From: Gracilinanus agilis
Lineage: Eukaryota
DNA length: 64,000 bases
Direction: 5' to 3'
Assembly (NCBI RefSeq): GCF_016433145.1
Contig: NC_058130.1
Span: 712,152,360-712,216,359, forward strand
Shown here one piece after another: positions 9,688-20,885 of this stretch; positions within the stretch are counted from its first letter, which is position 1, and each line of letters opens with the position of its first letter. The notes below the pieces were generated by a model. That model was given only the letters and a program-made list of their open reading frames with translations. It had not been told where the DNA came from and searched no databases. A program made the position numbers and the translations under genes.

Positions 9688-10569
9688 CAGTAAGGGGCTC
9701 CAGCAGATGCAGGATACCACCATGATGCCCACCAGCTGGCCAACCATCTCCACATCGTGGGCCCGAGCTCGGCGTGGGGCAGGGGAGGAATAGGAGGAGA
9801 AGGAAGATGAAGCTGAAGAGGATAAGGAGCCACCACCTCCGCCACGAGCCATCCTGCGGCTGCTCCCCTGGCGGCGCCGCCAGCGTGCCCGGACCAGTGA
9901 CAGTCCACTGAGCATGTTGCACACCAGGGCAGCCAGGAGAGAGGCCAGGCCAAGGCCGGAGAAGAGCATTGCCAGGATAGTCTCACCCCAGCCCCTAGGC
10001 TGGGCCAGCCCTATGAAGCACCACGTTCCTGGATACTGCTTCTCATAGCGCCCCACATGCAGGAGGGGCAGGAGAGCAATGCCTAAGGCAATGCCCCAAA
10101 GTATCCCAAGTGCCAGGCGGGCTCGGGCAGCCGAGACCAGGCTGGCATGGAGCAGGGGTCGGGTTACTCCCACACAACGCTCAACTGCCATCCCACAGCC
10201 CAGCAGCAGTGGGCACAGACCAAAAAAGACCATACAGGCGCCCATGAATTGGCAGGCAGGGCCGGCAGGAGCCAGGCCTGTGGCATAGAGCCGTAGGACT
10301 AGGGCCCCTGGGATCACATGGCCGGCAAAATCTGTGGCCACCAAACCTGTGGCAAAGAGCAGGAAGGGAGCACGAGAACGGCGGCGGCGGAATCGGATAA
10401 AGGCCCGGGCAAGAATGACCAAAGCCAGGATATTAGAAACAGCGCCCAACGTCATGGAGAAGATGGGCATCGCCGGCGATGAGGCTGGGTGGGGTTCTGA
10501 GCTGTTGGTCTCTGGGCATGTTGAGTTCTCCCATTGCCAGCTGAGGTTGTACAGTGGGCAAGGGGACAT
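9688..10569 (-). CDS. PTGER1: Prostaglandin E2 receptor EP1, first coding exon (N-terminus to TM6)
   Basis: ATG at 10569 (MSPCPLYNLS...PIFSMTLGAVSN...ATDFAGHVIPG...MAVERCVGV...QYPGTWCF...HDVEMVGQL...CWSPLL), donor CTG|gtgagt, acceptor at 10589-10590. 294 + 82 codons = 376 aa. The intron sits in TM6, as in prostanoid receptors. Confidence 0.97.
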
Positions 10570-11361
10570 GTCAGGTAGTAGTGGATGTCTGAGCAAGAAG
10601 AGAAAAAAGGAAGGGAAAGGAGGATAGCCAAATAGGGGGTTGGCACTCTTTTGCTGCCCCCTCCAAGTCTCTTACCCATCCCTCTCCACCCTGTCATTCC
10701 CGTTTCGTGTGACTCTCCTCTGCTCTCCCTGTCTCCTGAGTCTCCATCTCATCTACTCCACATGGACTCCCCCAAGCCCCACCCCACTGTCCATCCTTCC
10801 CACCACCCCTATCCTTCTTCTGGGCCCTTCAGTCAGTCTTAAAGGCTGGGGCAGGTTTGCTTGATCCCCTTCCCCAGTGGGATGGGGAGAGGCCTTTGGC
10901 TTGGATCTGACCCCAGGAGGGATTGGGAAGGCAGGGTAGAGAGAGCAGGTTCAGAGAGATGTACCAAGAAGTGGGTGGTAGGCACAGGGACCAGTCTGAG
11001 GGGGGGGAGGGGAACAGATGAGACCCTGTGAAAAGACCAAGACAGAAGGGGTAGGTAGACAGGAGCAGATGGGCAGCTCAGGCAGAAAGGTTGGTGGGAC
11101 AATGGAGAAGACAACAGGAGAGGGAAGAGTAGATGAGGAGTGAGGCTAATAGGGGAGGGTCAGAAAGAGGTAGATGTCCCGCTGGGCTGGGGGGACAAAC
11201 AGGGAGGGCAGCCAGGGAGGGAACAGAAGGGGTTTTCCCTGCTCGTACTCTTTCCCAGACAGCCCCACCCTGAGTCCTCCAAGACACTGCTCCGGATCTC
11301 CCAGAAAGGATGAGCTGGGGAGCCCAAACTCCTGGATCCTGCCCATTCTGGCTACTTTTAC

Positions 11362-11520
11362 CTGTTGCTCCTCTTGTAGCCCTGGGCCCCGGGGACCCAT
11401 CCCTCCAGGCTCTGCTCCGCAGCAGCACTCCTTCCCAGCCTCAGCGCCCGGCTGCACTCCCTAAGGCCAGTAGCTCTCTAGGGCCCCGGCTCACTGAGCT
11501 CGGGGGGCGGCTCCTTTACT
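11362..11520 (-). other. PTGER1: Probable non-coding exon 1 and GC-rich proximal promoter of PTGER1
   Basis: Donor CAG|gtaaaa at 11361 with a CpG-containing GC-rich block upstream. Human PTGER1 has a non-coding first exon. TSS not determinable. Confidence 0.5.
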
Positions 11521-14500
11521 CCCTCCCGCCTCCATCCCGCCTCCAGCAGCCTAGAGCCGCTCCTCCTGCGCCACCCTAACCCCCTATCACCCCTCATCCC
11601 TCCCCCTAACCTGAATGAGGTTGAAGGAAGGCCTGCCGCCCTGGATCTCCAAGCACTGATCCTGACTTAGCAAGCAAACACCCCCTTCCCCTTCTTTATT
11701 GAATACTGCACGCCCCCCCCCCAGCTTTTTTCCTGGGTCCCTCAGAGGCAGGTGTGGGGTGGGTCCTGTCGGAAATAGGGGCTAGAGCAAGAAGAAGCCC
11801 CCAGCCTCCAGGCTGTCTGAGGCCTACGGCTGCCAGCCACTGACTGCCGGCATGCAGCTCCCCACAGAAGATGCTGAATCTGCTCCAACTCAGAGAAGCC
11901 AGGGGGAGGTACCCAGAAAGGCAGAGAGGGCACACCGGCCCCACCTGGCCCCACTGGTGGGCGGGCATCAGAAGACGACCAATTACCACGACTCCTTGAC
12001 TGTAGCACACCAAGGTTTACCAAATGCTTTCCCCACAACAACCCTGTGAGGTAGGCCATGCAGAGAAGATGCCTCTTTCCCCACAGGTAAGGAAATGGAG
12101 GCTCAGAGCTGGACTGGTCCCGGACCTAGTGTCACAGTCAGGATTGGAACTGGCTCCAAGCAATGCCAATCCTCTCCTCACTACACCATGATACAAGGTT
12201 TCCCTACCTGTCTTTTAGGCTACTGGGGTGTGACCTCTGGCCCCCTCCACTGAGCCTACAAAGAAGCCTAGAGAGCCTCAGAGTCATTGGCTTTAGGGCT
12301 GGCAAGGCTCCTAGAGATCACCTTCCCCAATTTAGAGAGGAAACTGAGCCATCCTCCACCCCCACCCTCCCTAGCTCCTTACCCCCCATTCTCAGGCAGG
12401 GCGCCCTCATGCTTTTCTCATTAATAACAATAATAATGCCGAGAAAATCCAAACACTGGAAAATATGAGTGTGTCAGATATTCATTTCTCCCCTCCCCCC
12501 ATTGCAGCCCTCCCTCTGGCGCTGTGGGCAGCAAGACATCCCAGGTGAGAGAACCCCTTCCCGCCCCTCAAGTGCGCCCAAGGACTTTAAAGCCAGGAGG
12601 GATGGGGGAGGGGTCGAGGCCTAACCCCTCATTTCAGATAAAGAAATTAAGGTCAGAGAAGTTAAGTGAACGGCCTAAGGCAGGGTTCAAATTTGAGTCT
12701 CCTCAGCCCAGATCCTGGTCCTTCCCACAGGTGGGGCTGGTCTCTGTCCAGCTCTGAAAAAGCAGTTCATAGTTGGGCAGGGACACTTGTGAAGAGAATA
12801 GGGCTCTGCTAGGGGAACTGGTTGCTGAGCTACCCTGATCAGGGATGGGGGTGCCAGGCATCGCTTGGTGATGCCAGAGATAGAGAGGGAATTCAGCTTG
12901 GGAGGCATCAGCCCTGAACTGAGCTGGGGCGAGGGAGGCAGTGTTCTTTCCCTGGGGGAGGGGGTGTTCCATGGGATGGGGGAAGTGGATGGGTTGGATG
13001 GGGTTCTTTTATTTATGTCAGGCTTAGGCTGGAGGCGGTTCCCCAAGAACATGTAATCCCTGAGGATGCTGGAGCTGGGATGAGGACAAAGGGTGGGCTG
13101 GGGAGGGGATCCAGGAGCCCTGTTTCCCAAAGCCCACCCTACTCTTCTCTTGGGACCCAGTCTGACCTCTGCAGTTCTAGACCCCTAAGTTTCATACTCC
13201 CCCACTGCCTCATGTCCAGAGATAGCAGAAACCCCAGACCAGAGGCAGAAGTAGACAATGGGACCAAGATTCACCCAGATACAAAATGGGAGAACCACCT
13301 CCTTCAGACTCCCCATCTGTCCAGACAGTTCCCCACCCTCCCCTCACCTCTCTAATTCAAGTTCACTTTAATGTTTCTAACCAGAATTCTGGGGGTTGAA
13401 GCCAGTTTTCCTACCCCACCCCCCATCCCAGCTACTACCCATTTTCCTGAGGCCCCCCTCCCTCTCTCAGTGATGAAGAGCTAGCTGACTGTCAAAACAT
13501 TGGTGTCGGGTTTATGTCAGTCTCCCTGCATCTTCCCCCATCAGCCCAGCCAGCCAGGGCCTGTCCTCCAGCCCAAGGCCAGAGGGGTCCAGCCTCAGTG
13601 GCAGGGGAAGGTCCCTACTGTTCATCAGGGTCAGCCATCTATGTTCTCTGGTTGGCGTCTACTCTCAAAACTCTTAGAATATGTCTGGCCCAAGGAAGAG
13701 ACAGAGACCCAGAGAGGAAGCTCCCTGACTAGGGCCATATGCCTAGAGGCAGAACTCATGGGAACCAGAGGCTCTGGATCTGGAAGGGATTAGACTGGTC
13801 CAACTGCATCACTTTATAGAAGGGGAAACAGAGGCTGAACAAGTGGCAGTTACTGCTTGGTCACTCATGGAGATATGTTAAAGCTGGAACTTGCCCAAAA
13901 GGACCAACCCTCAGGAGGGAAAGGGGAATGGGTCTCTGCCCCTCTGGATTCCAGCCATCCTCTCCCATTGTTTCATTTTTGGGCTACATTTGGAGACTTC
14001 CATGTGCCCTCTGAGAGTGCTGAATCTGAATCAGCAGATAGGAATTCAATTCCCTCTCTGGAGCTCAGTTTCTTTAACTGTAAAATGGGAAAGCAATCCT
14101 TCCATTTTTCCTTAGGGCTGTTTGGAACATATTTTCTAAACTGTAAAACATAAAAATGTATTATTACTAATGGGACAAAGTCTCTGCTATGTGACTGGTG
14201 TCTAGAGGGACAAGGGCCACCAGAGCCACACATGAACCTTCTTGGCCTCTGGGGTGAGGGGAATGTTTAGAGCCCACCATCTCCACTATTTCAGGAAGTG
14301 GGAAGCAAATGGTCATAAAGAAGCTCGGAGCTAGAAGGGACCTTGGAAACCCCCTCAATTTATACAGGAAAAGAAGGCCCAGAGGGGAAAGTCACCCAGC
14401 AAATTAGTGGCAGCCAGAACTTGAACTGAAGTGTTCAAACTTCTCATCCAGTTGAAACCTTGAGCTGAAAACTTCTCTTGCTGAGAAGCTGGGAGGTAGG

Positions 14501-14679
14501 GCCTAAGCACTAATCAGGCAGAACGGTGGGTGGGAGGAGGCAGGGGAAGACTGGGCCAAGGTCTCCTAATTCAATTTGGGCCACAGAGAGGATGGATTTC
14601 AGTCTACACATTCTTTCCCAGCTCCAGTTCAGCCCCCCACCCCTCAGGCCACGCAGCTCAGCTCCACTCAAGAGATCTC

Positions 14680-14685
14680 TTTATG
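14680..14685 (-). terminator. GIPC1: Candidate GIPC1 poly(A) signal (non-canonical CATAAA)
   Basis: I saw no AATAAA or ATTAAA in the ~0.8 kb after the stop. The context ggttttctatttgagttgtctttaaCATAAAgagatct resembles my recollection of the human GIPC1 mRNA end (unverified). Confidence 0.55.
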
Positions 14686-15493
14686 TTAAAGACAACTCAA
14701 ATAGAAAACCCCCCAGTCAAGGCCTGCCCCACCCCCTCAAAGTCAGTGAAGGCAGCTGGGGAATCCAGGGAACCCCTAAGGGAAGTCAGTCCTAGACCAG
14801 GGGATGGGTTCACAGCAGTCAAGTTCAAATACAGAGGTAAAAAGTCTGGGGAGTCTCCTAGTGGTGATGGTGACCATATTGCAGTTTCTGGGGTAAGGGG
14901 GGAAAGTGGCTGCCTGGTTGCCCCTCCCCTCTTTTCCCCTCCTCTGCCAGGGAAACAGGCAGAGGTCTTAGGCTCTTCCACGAAACAGAGCTGGGTGCCC
15001 CAGGGAGGGGAGTGGGGCCAGTTTGGCAGCTGATGTGGAAAAGTAGAGGAGGGAAGAAGGGGGAGGCTTCCCAGTTCTCTCTTCCCCAATCTAGACACTG
15101 AGGTAGGTGGGAAAGGGAGGAGGGGGGCTCCCTGGAGACCCTGGTCAGGCTGAGGAGGGAGGGGCTGTACCGATCGGATAAAGAGCATTGAGGGTCAGGC
15201 CTTCTCCCCTCCTACTCTGGCTGTATGGGGAATGTTGGATTCCAGTGGTGGTAATGGTGGTGAGGGCCTGGGGGCCTGAATCCTTGGCCCAGCTCTTCTC
15301 TCTGACCCCTCCTCCTTTCTCTCTAAGCCCCCAGACAAAGACCTCTTCAGTGCTCTGTCCTCTAAACAGCAATGATGGTGCTGGGATGGGCCCCAGGTGT
15401 CTGGTCTCCCAGACTTTTTGCTTCCAAGGCCCCTCGGCACTGTCTCATGTTAATTCCGTCCCACATTTCCTCGGAGTCAGTCCAATTTGAGTC

Positions 15494-15645
15494 CTAGTAG
15501 CGCCCAACTTTGGCATCGCCGATTGCTCCCCACACATCGAAGACAAATTCATCAGGAAAGGCAAAGTCACCTAGTCGTTCGTCTAATGCCTCCGCCAACT
15601 CATCTGGGTTCCGCTTATCCCTGCCCAGCTCTACCATGGTGGCTG
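15494..15645 (-). CDS. GIPC1: GIPC PDZ-domain adaptor 1, coding exon 6 (GH2, stop)
   Basis: 152 nt encoding AATMVELGRDKRNPDELAEALDERLGDFAFPDEFVFDVWGAIGDAKVGRY*. TAG at 15494-15496. Confidence 0.96.
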
Positions 15646-15786
15646 CTGCTCAAGGAAAAGAGGGGGTGGTGTGGTGGTGGTCAGGATCCTAGATCCTCCA
15701 CTCTTATTTCCTGCCCAACTCCCTCTAAACACCCAGCCCAGTTCCCACCACCTCTAACTTCCATATCCCTCTCCAAAGAATCTCAC

Positions 15787-15868
15787 CCAGCTCTGTGTCC
15801 CGGATGCCCATATAACTTTCTAGCAGGTCATCCACCTTCTCAATGGCCTTCTCCTCGAATGCTGAAGG
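15787..15868 (-). CDS. GIPC1: GIPC1 coding exon 5
   Basis: 82 nt encoding [27 protein letters not shown]. Splice sites cccag| and G|gtgaga. Confidence 0.96.
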
Positions 15869-15985
15869 CTGGGGGTAGAGAAAAATTCAATTCATCTCAA
15901 TCCACATTAATCAACTATTATGCATACGATTCATATATACAAGGCACTGTAAAGCAGAACAGGACAGCTGGGGCTGACCACTTAC

Positions 15986-16098
15986 CAGTTCTTCCACTGT
16001 AGCTGGACCCCGGGATCGGAGGCGAAGGGTCCCCCTGCCAGTGCCAAGTTGGGGTCCAGAGCCAGGGCGAGCCCCTGCGGACCGCTGACTGATCATGT
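15986..16098 (-). CDS. GIPC1: GIPC1 coding exon 4
   Basis: 113 nt encoding DMISQRSAGARPGSGPQLGTGRGTLRLRSRGPATVEEL. Donor |gtaagt. Confidence 0.96.
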
Positions 16099-17872
16099 CT
16101 GAGATAAGCAAAGATGGTGTCAGTATCTGATATTTCCTCTGCCCCTCATAACCTGGGGTCCAAATATCCCCTCTCCCATGGACCTAAGCCTCCTTACAGA
16201 GTCTAGAAACTTGATGAAACTCTAGGCATCACCAAGGCCAACACCCCTATTTCAGATAAGGCACCTAAGTAAAGTCACTTCCCCAAGGCCATAAAGCTAC
16301 TAAGTTCCAGGGCTTAGATTGAAAGTCAGGTCTTTAGACACCAAACTAGAGCTCTTTCCACTACCCCACCTTGCTCTCCTCTTCTGACCCCAAAGCCTGA
16401 CATGCCCCAGATGTGTGGGAGTATCTAGCCCTCAATTCCAATTGGGGTTGAAGAACTTCTTGACAGGGTCATAGGTCTCAAGATTAAAAGAGACCTTTCA
16501 TTTGGGTATGGTGGTGTTGGTCCTAGCAAAGAAAGGTAAACAAGTGGCCCAGGCAGGATCCAAACCCAAATCTCTTGACCCTAACAGAAGACTCCCAATT
16601 GCCTCAACAAACTGCTTTGAGAGGTGTCTTGGCCCCTGATCCTCCCTTTCTTGGAGCCCACTCCTAGGGCTGGGCCATGATCCAGGCATTCCACTGGGGG
16701 CCAGAGAAGGCGCAGTGTGGGGAGGGGAAGAGGAAGGGTTGGCTGAGGTCAGGAGCTCTGCAGCTGGGAATGGCCTCTAGTTGGAGGGAGGAGGGTTAGA
16801 AAATAAAGGCATTTGAGTCTGTGACTCAGGGGTAGGGCTAGAATGGGCTAAATAACGTAGAACTGGATTTGGAGGAACTAAGTGCAAATCCTGACTCAAC
16901 TTATAAAGATCACTTTAGCCCCTTCTGGGTCTCGGTTTTCCTTATTTGTGAAATAAAAAATGTTGGACAGGAGGATCCCAACAGTCTCTCCCAAATCTAA
17001 ATCCTTTGCTCCTGAGAGAGAGCGGAGCAGCTGAAAAGGGAATAACTACCATACCTTCAGGCGAGTATCTGGCTCCTTTGGTAGCATTACCCTGCCCAAT
17101 CTGAGACTGTGCCCTGAGGCCAGATTGCTGGGCAGTGAAGTACAGTGGGGAGCAGGCAATTGGGAACAGGCTGCCTAATTCTTTCTCCATTCCAATATGG
17201 GAGCAGCCCTCCTGGCCCCTATCCAGCCTCTAACATTTCAGCCTGTGTTGGGGAAGCAGCTGGATAATGCCTGCCCTCTCCCCTTCCCCCATCTTGGCCC
17301 AGGGCTGTGGTCCCATTCCTGAGAGGCAGCAGAGCCAAACGCAGGGGGCTGGAGATGGCATCAGTTATGGGCAGCCAAGCATCCCCAACAGGGGCTCCCT
17401 GTGGCCTAAAGGCTGGGGGGTTTGGACCTGAAGGGTCTTGGTTGAAATCTGAGTATAAGGGAAGAGGAAATTTTTGGGGGGTGAACTAGGATAGGTTGGA
17501 GGGTGATAAGTACTGTGGACAGAACTGGTAATGAGTCTGGGAGAGGAAAGGGGAGTGGCTAGGGGCAGGGAGATTGTAGGCATCAGCCTTAGGGAGACTT
17601 TTAGGTAAGAAAGCATGAGGAAGTCTAGTTGAATTGAACTAGGGGGCCTTGAGGCCAGAGAAAGAAATAAAGTTTGTAGGGGATAAATACAGGGGAGGAT
17701 ATGGGGGAAAGAGAGGTTTGTTTGGGTCAGGGGACAAAGCTGAAAATCAAGGGTTAATCGGAAGGTGAGAACAGGATTGCTAGAGAGATCTACAGGACAG
17801 GAACATGCCAGGGGGTAGCAGGTGCTGCCACCTGAGACCAGAGCTGGAAGGAGGGACCTATGACGCAGAGGC

Positions 17873-17890
17873 GGGGGGGGGGGGGGGGGG
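17873..17890. repeat. G18 homopolymer in a GIPC1 intron
   Basis: 18 consecutive G. Confidence 0.9.
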
Positions 17891-18331
17891 CTCCCCCTTT
17901 AACCCTCAGGGTGTGAGTCACAGGCTACTGCCTGCAAAGCCTTCAGGAAAGTGAACCCATTAGTCCTGGGTCTCCTCCCTGTTAGTGAGCTCTCCCAAGC
18001 CAACAAATGGTCTGAATATGAGGGTGGGGTGACACCTGCTGGCTGCCAGGGGTAGGTGAAGGGCACAATAAGAATAAAGGGCACAGGAGAAAGGGATCTG
18101 AACCCAGCCTGGTGGAGGTTCCCAGAAGGTTGTCCCATGCCTCCCAAAGTGTCCTTGGACTTCCATATTTTAGGTTGGATAAAAAGATTCTCGTCTTCCA
18201 AATCTACGTTCCTAGACTACTTCCTCATCCCAGTTCTAAGGTGTAACAGCCCCTTCCTTCCCCAGATTCCACCCACTTCCCAGTGACCACCCTTTTGGGT
18301 AGACCCTGTGCCTCCAAGCTCTAGCCCTCAC

Positions 18332-18512
18332 CAAAGGCCTTTCGAGGCTCCGTAAGCTTGAGGGTAAAGGTGCGGCCTCGGGGTAGATCCTTGAGCATCT
18401 TGGCCACCTCGTAGTGTCGGCAGCCGAGAAGGTTCTGCCCATTGATGGATTCTATCATGTCACCCACGTTGATCACTTGGATTCGGTCAATGACACTCCC
18501 CTCCTTGATCCT
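18332..18512 (-). CDS. GIPC1: GIPC1 coding exon 3 (PDZ C-terminal part)
   Basis: 181 nt encoding RIKEGSVIDRIQVINVGDMIESINGQNLLGCRHYEVAKMLKDLPRGRTFTLKLTEPRKAF. Splice sites caacag| and G|gtgagg. Confidence 0.96.
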
Positions 18513-18848
18513 CTGTTGAAGGAGACATACCCAGCTCTTGCACTGAGCTGTGGCCCCATAGGGGCTTTCATCACCCTGAGCTCATGATGCCTAGACTAGG
18601 CCAGCCTAGGCCAGTAATGGAGAACCTGTTAAAGACCAAGTGCCCAAACTGCACCCTCATGCCACATGTAAGCCCCCACCTTACCCCAGACAGGGGAGGG
18701 AAGAAGAGCTCCTATTTTGCTGCTAGGCAGAGGGGCAAGTGATGAGAGAAATGTCCTCAGGCAGTGTGTGGAGAGGGGAAGGGGAGCAGCCCCCTCCAGC
18801 ACATGTGCCATAAATTAGCTAACATGGGCCTAGGCTGTCCCACGAGAG

Positions 18849-18849
<1 letters not shown>

Positions 18850-18911
<62 letters not shown>
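18850..18911. repeat. (TG)n microsatellite
   Basis: About 31 perfect TG units. Confidence 0.97.
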
Positions 18912-18912
<1 letters not shown>

Positions 18913-19136
18913 CTGATGTTTTGTCTCTGGGAAGGGATTAGACAGTCACAAATGAGGAAATGGGGAATCTCAGAAGTTAAAGGACTTGCACAAGGTCACA
19001 CAGTTAAAAACTGTTAGAAATGGGAATTGAACCAGTGTCTTCTAACTGCATTTCCAAATGTTTTTTCTGTTATGCCACATAAGGGGCCGTGTAAGAGCTC
19101 CCCAACATGCACCTCCTCCCCACCAATCACCAGTAC

Positions 19137-19322
19137 CTTGATAAAGGCATAGCCAGCCCCGTTGTCAGTGATGGTGAGCCCCAGGGCCTCCTCTGACTTG
19201 AACACCTCTACTTCCTTGCGCTGGCCTTTAACGTGGGCGAAGATGAAGTCCTCCAGCCCAATCTGGCCTCCAAGGAGCTTCTCCATGTCCACTTTGTGTG
19301 TATTGAGTGTGCAGAACATTAC
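19137..19322 (-). CDS. GIPC1: GIPC1 coding exon 2 (GH1/PDZ)
   Basis: 186 nt encoding [62 protein letters not shown], including the PDZ ALGL loop. Confidence 0.97.
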
Positions 19323-20395
19323 CTGGGAGGAGAAGTTGACTTGCAGATGGGCAAAGGGCCAGACTCAAGCCCACCAGCTCTATCCCCCAAGGCAAATATA
19401 TCCCTTGTGGGAGCAAGATGTGGGAAGACCCCTGATGGACAAAGTGCTATGTGTGTCTACATTTTTATATCTTAGGAAAAAGACCCTTCCATCTAGATCT
19501 TAATCCACAGGAAAGCTGTTCTTTAACCTCGTAGCCTCTTCCTAGAATGGTTCCCCCTACATCTGGATGTCCAGTCTCAGGATGCAGACAGAAATATCCA
19601 GCACAACTGCCATCACTACACCATGATCTCCGTGGTGGAGAACACTCTCATGACTAGTCTTTCTTCTACCTCCCCAGTTAGAACATACTATTAACAAGAA
19701 GGAAGAAGCAATCCCTTGAATTCTTTTTGGCAGGGTTACTGAAGTAGAAGTTCAGGGGATTTCTATAGATCAGTGATGGGGAACCTTTTAGAGATAGAGT
19801 ACCAGGCCCCACCCCCACCCAAACCCAGAGACAACATGCTGGGCCCCACCCCCCCAACAAGTGCAGGGCACCCCCTGCCCCTTACCCCACACAGGAGAGG
19901 AAGAAAGTGCTCCCATTGGGCTGCTGGGCAGAGGGGTGGGTGATGTGAAAAAATGTCATCAGGAACAGTGGAGAGGGGGAGGGGAACAGTTCTACCCAAG
20001 TCCCTCTGCCTTTCTAGTAAAAAACTTGGAGGGGAGGGAAGGTGATTGCATACCCATAGAGAACACTCTGTGTGCCATCTTTGGCACCCATGCCACAGGT
20101 TCACCATCTTTTCACCATCACTGATACAGCTATATTTTACTTAGATTGTAGCAAACTATCTGATGAAATAGTTCATGCTATTCTTGTGGAAAAGATGGGA
20201 AAACATGAGTCAGGCAATATTAAGATTAGTTGGATTTGGAACTGAATGGCCAGAACAAAAAAATAGCCACAAAGTGTTCAATAGTAAGAGTTTGGTCCAA
20301 GCATCTGTACAGCAAAGATTAAGTAGATGGATTGTCTATTATGTAGTTTATGACATGTAGTGAAATGGCTTACCTATAGAATATAGCTATCAGTG

Positions 20396-20420
20396 TATAT
20401 ATATATATATATATATATAT
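20396..20420. repeat. (TA)n microsatellite
   Basis: Perfect TA run. Confidence 0.9.
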
Positions 20421-20885
20421 GGGGCAGAAAGTACAAATAGATGATGAGCTAGGACCAGAATTTAGCAAAAGAGCAAGTTGGAATGCTTTCAGAGACCTGC
20501 AAGTGACCCCAAGCTTCTTTTAGAAATAAAAGGCCCATCTTTTCAATGCTCATATTCTAATAATGTTGTTATATGGTTGTAAGATATGGAATAATGCCTC
20601 TGAAGAACTAAAAATATCACATGGAGGGTAATAGGAGATGCATGGATTAAGCTGCAATATATAACCAACGAGGAACTTCCAAGGACATGGCACCAGGGAA
20701 AGTTATGATAGGAGGAAAAGCTAGATTGGCAACATGGTGAGGGCAAGGGATGATATGTGGACAGCCTGTATTTCCCTGGTATCTTTTTAATGTCAGAATA
20801 AAACAAGGAAGACCTCTACCTCCCTTGGGATGAATTTATGGGAGGGCAAAGATATAAATAGCACAGGATGGGATATGATCTGCAG
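20421..20885 (+). mobile_element. RTE-clade LINE 3' fragment
   Basis: Degenerate RTE ORF end (caaatagatgatgagctaggaccagaa..., atgttgttatatggttgtaagatatgg...). Recognised by eye. Confidence 0.6.

Noticed and set aside
9604-10596. 330-aa ORF as the full PTGER1 protein
   Set aside because: It starts at a non-ATG codon across the exon acceptor and its last 27 aa are intron read-through. The real CDS splices from 9688 to 9148.
10334-10627. Antisense and alternate-frame ORFs over real exons (also 9518-9922, 19162-19503, 21893-22243, 36039-36329, 37537-37854)
   Set aside because: These are shadows of GC-rich coding sequence, with no recognisable domain or independent gene signals.
11700-15400. Many 60-170 aa ORFs between PTGER1 and GIPC1, including the ATG ORF at 12703-12972
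   Set aside because: They are low-complexity Pro/Gly/Ser-rich translations, often crossing MIR fragments, with no recognisable homology or exon chain.
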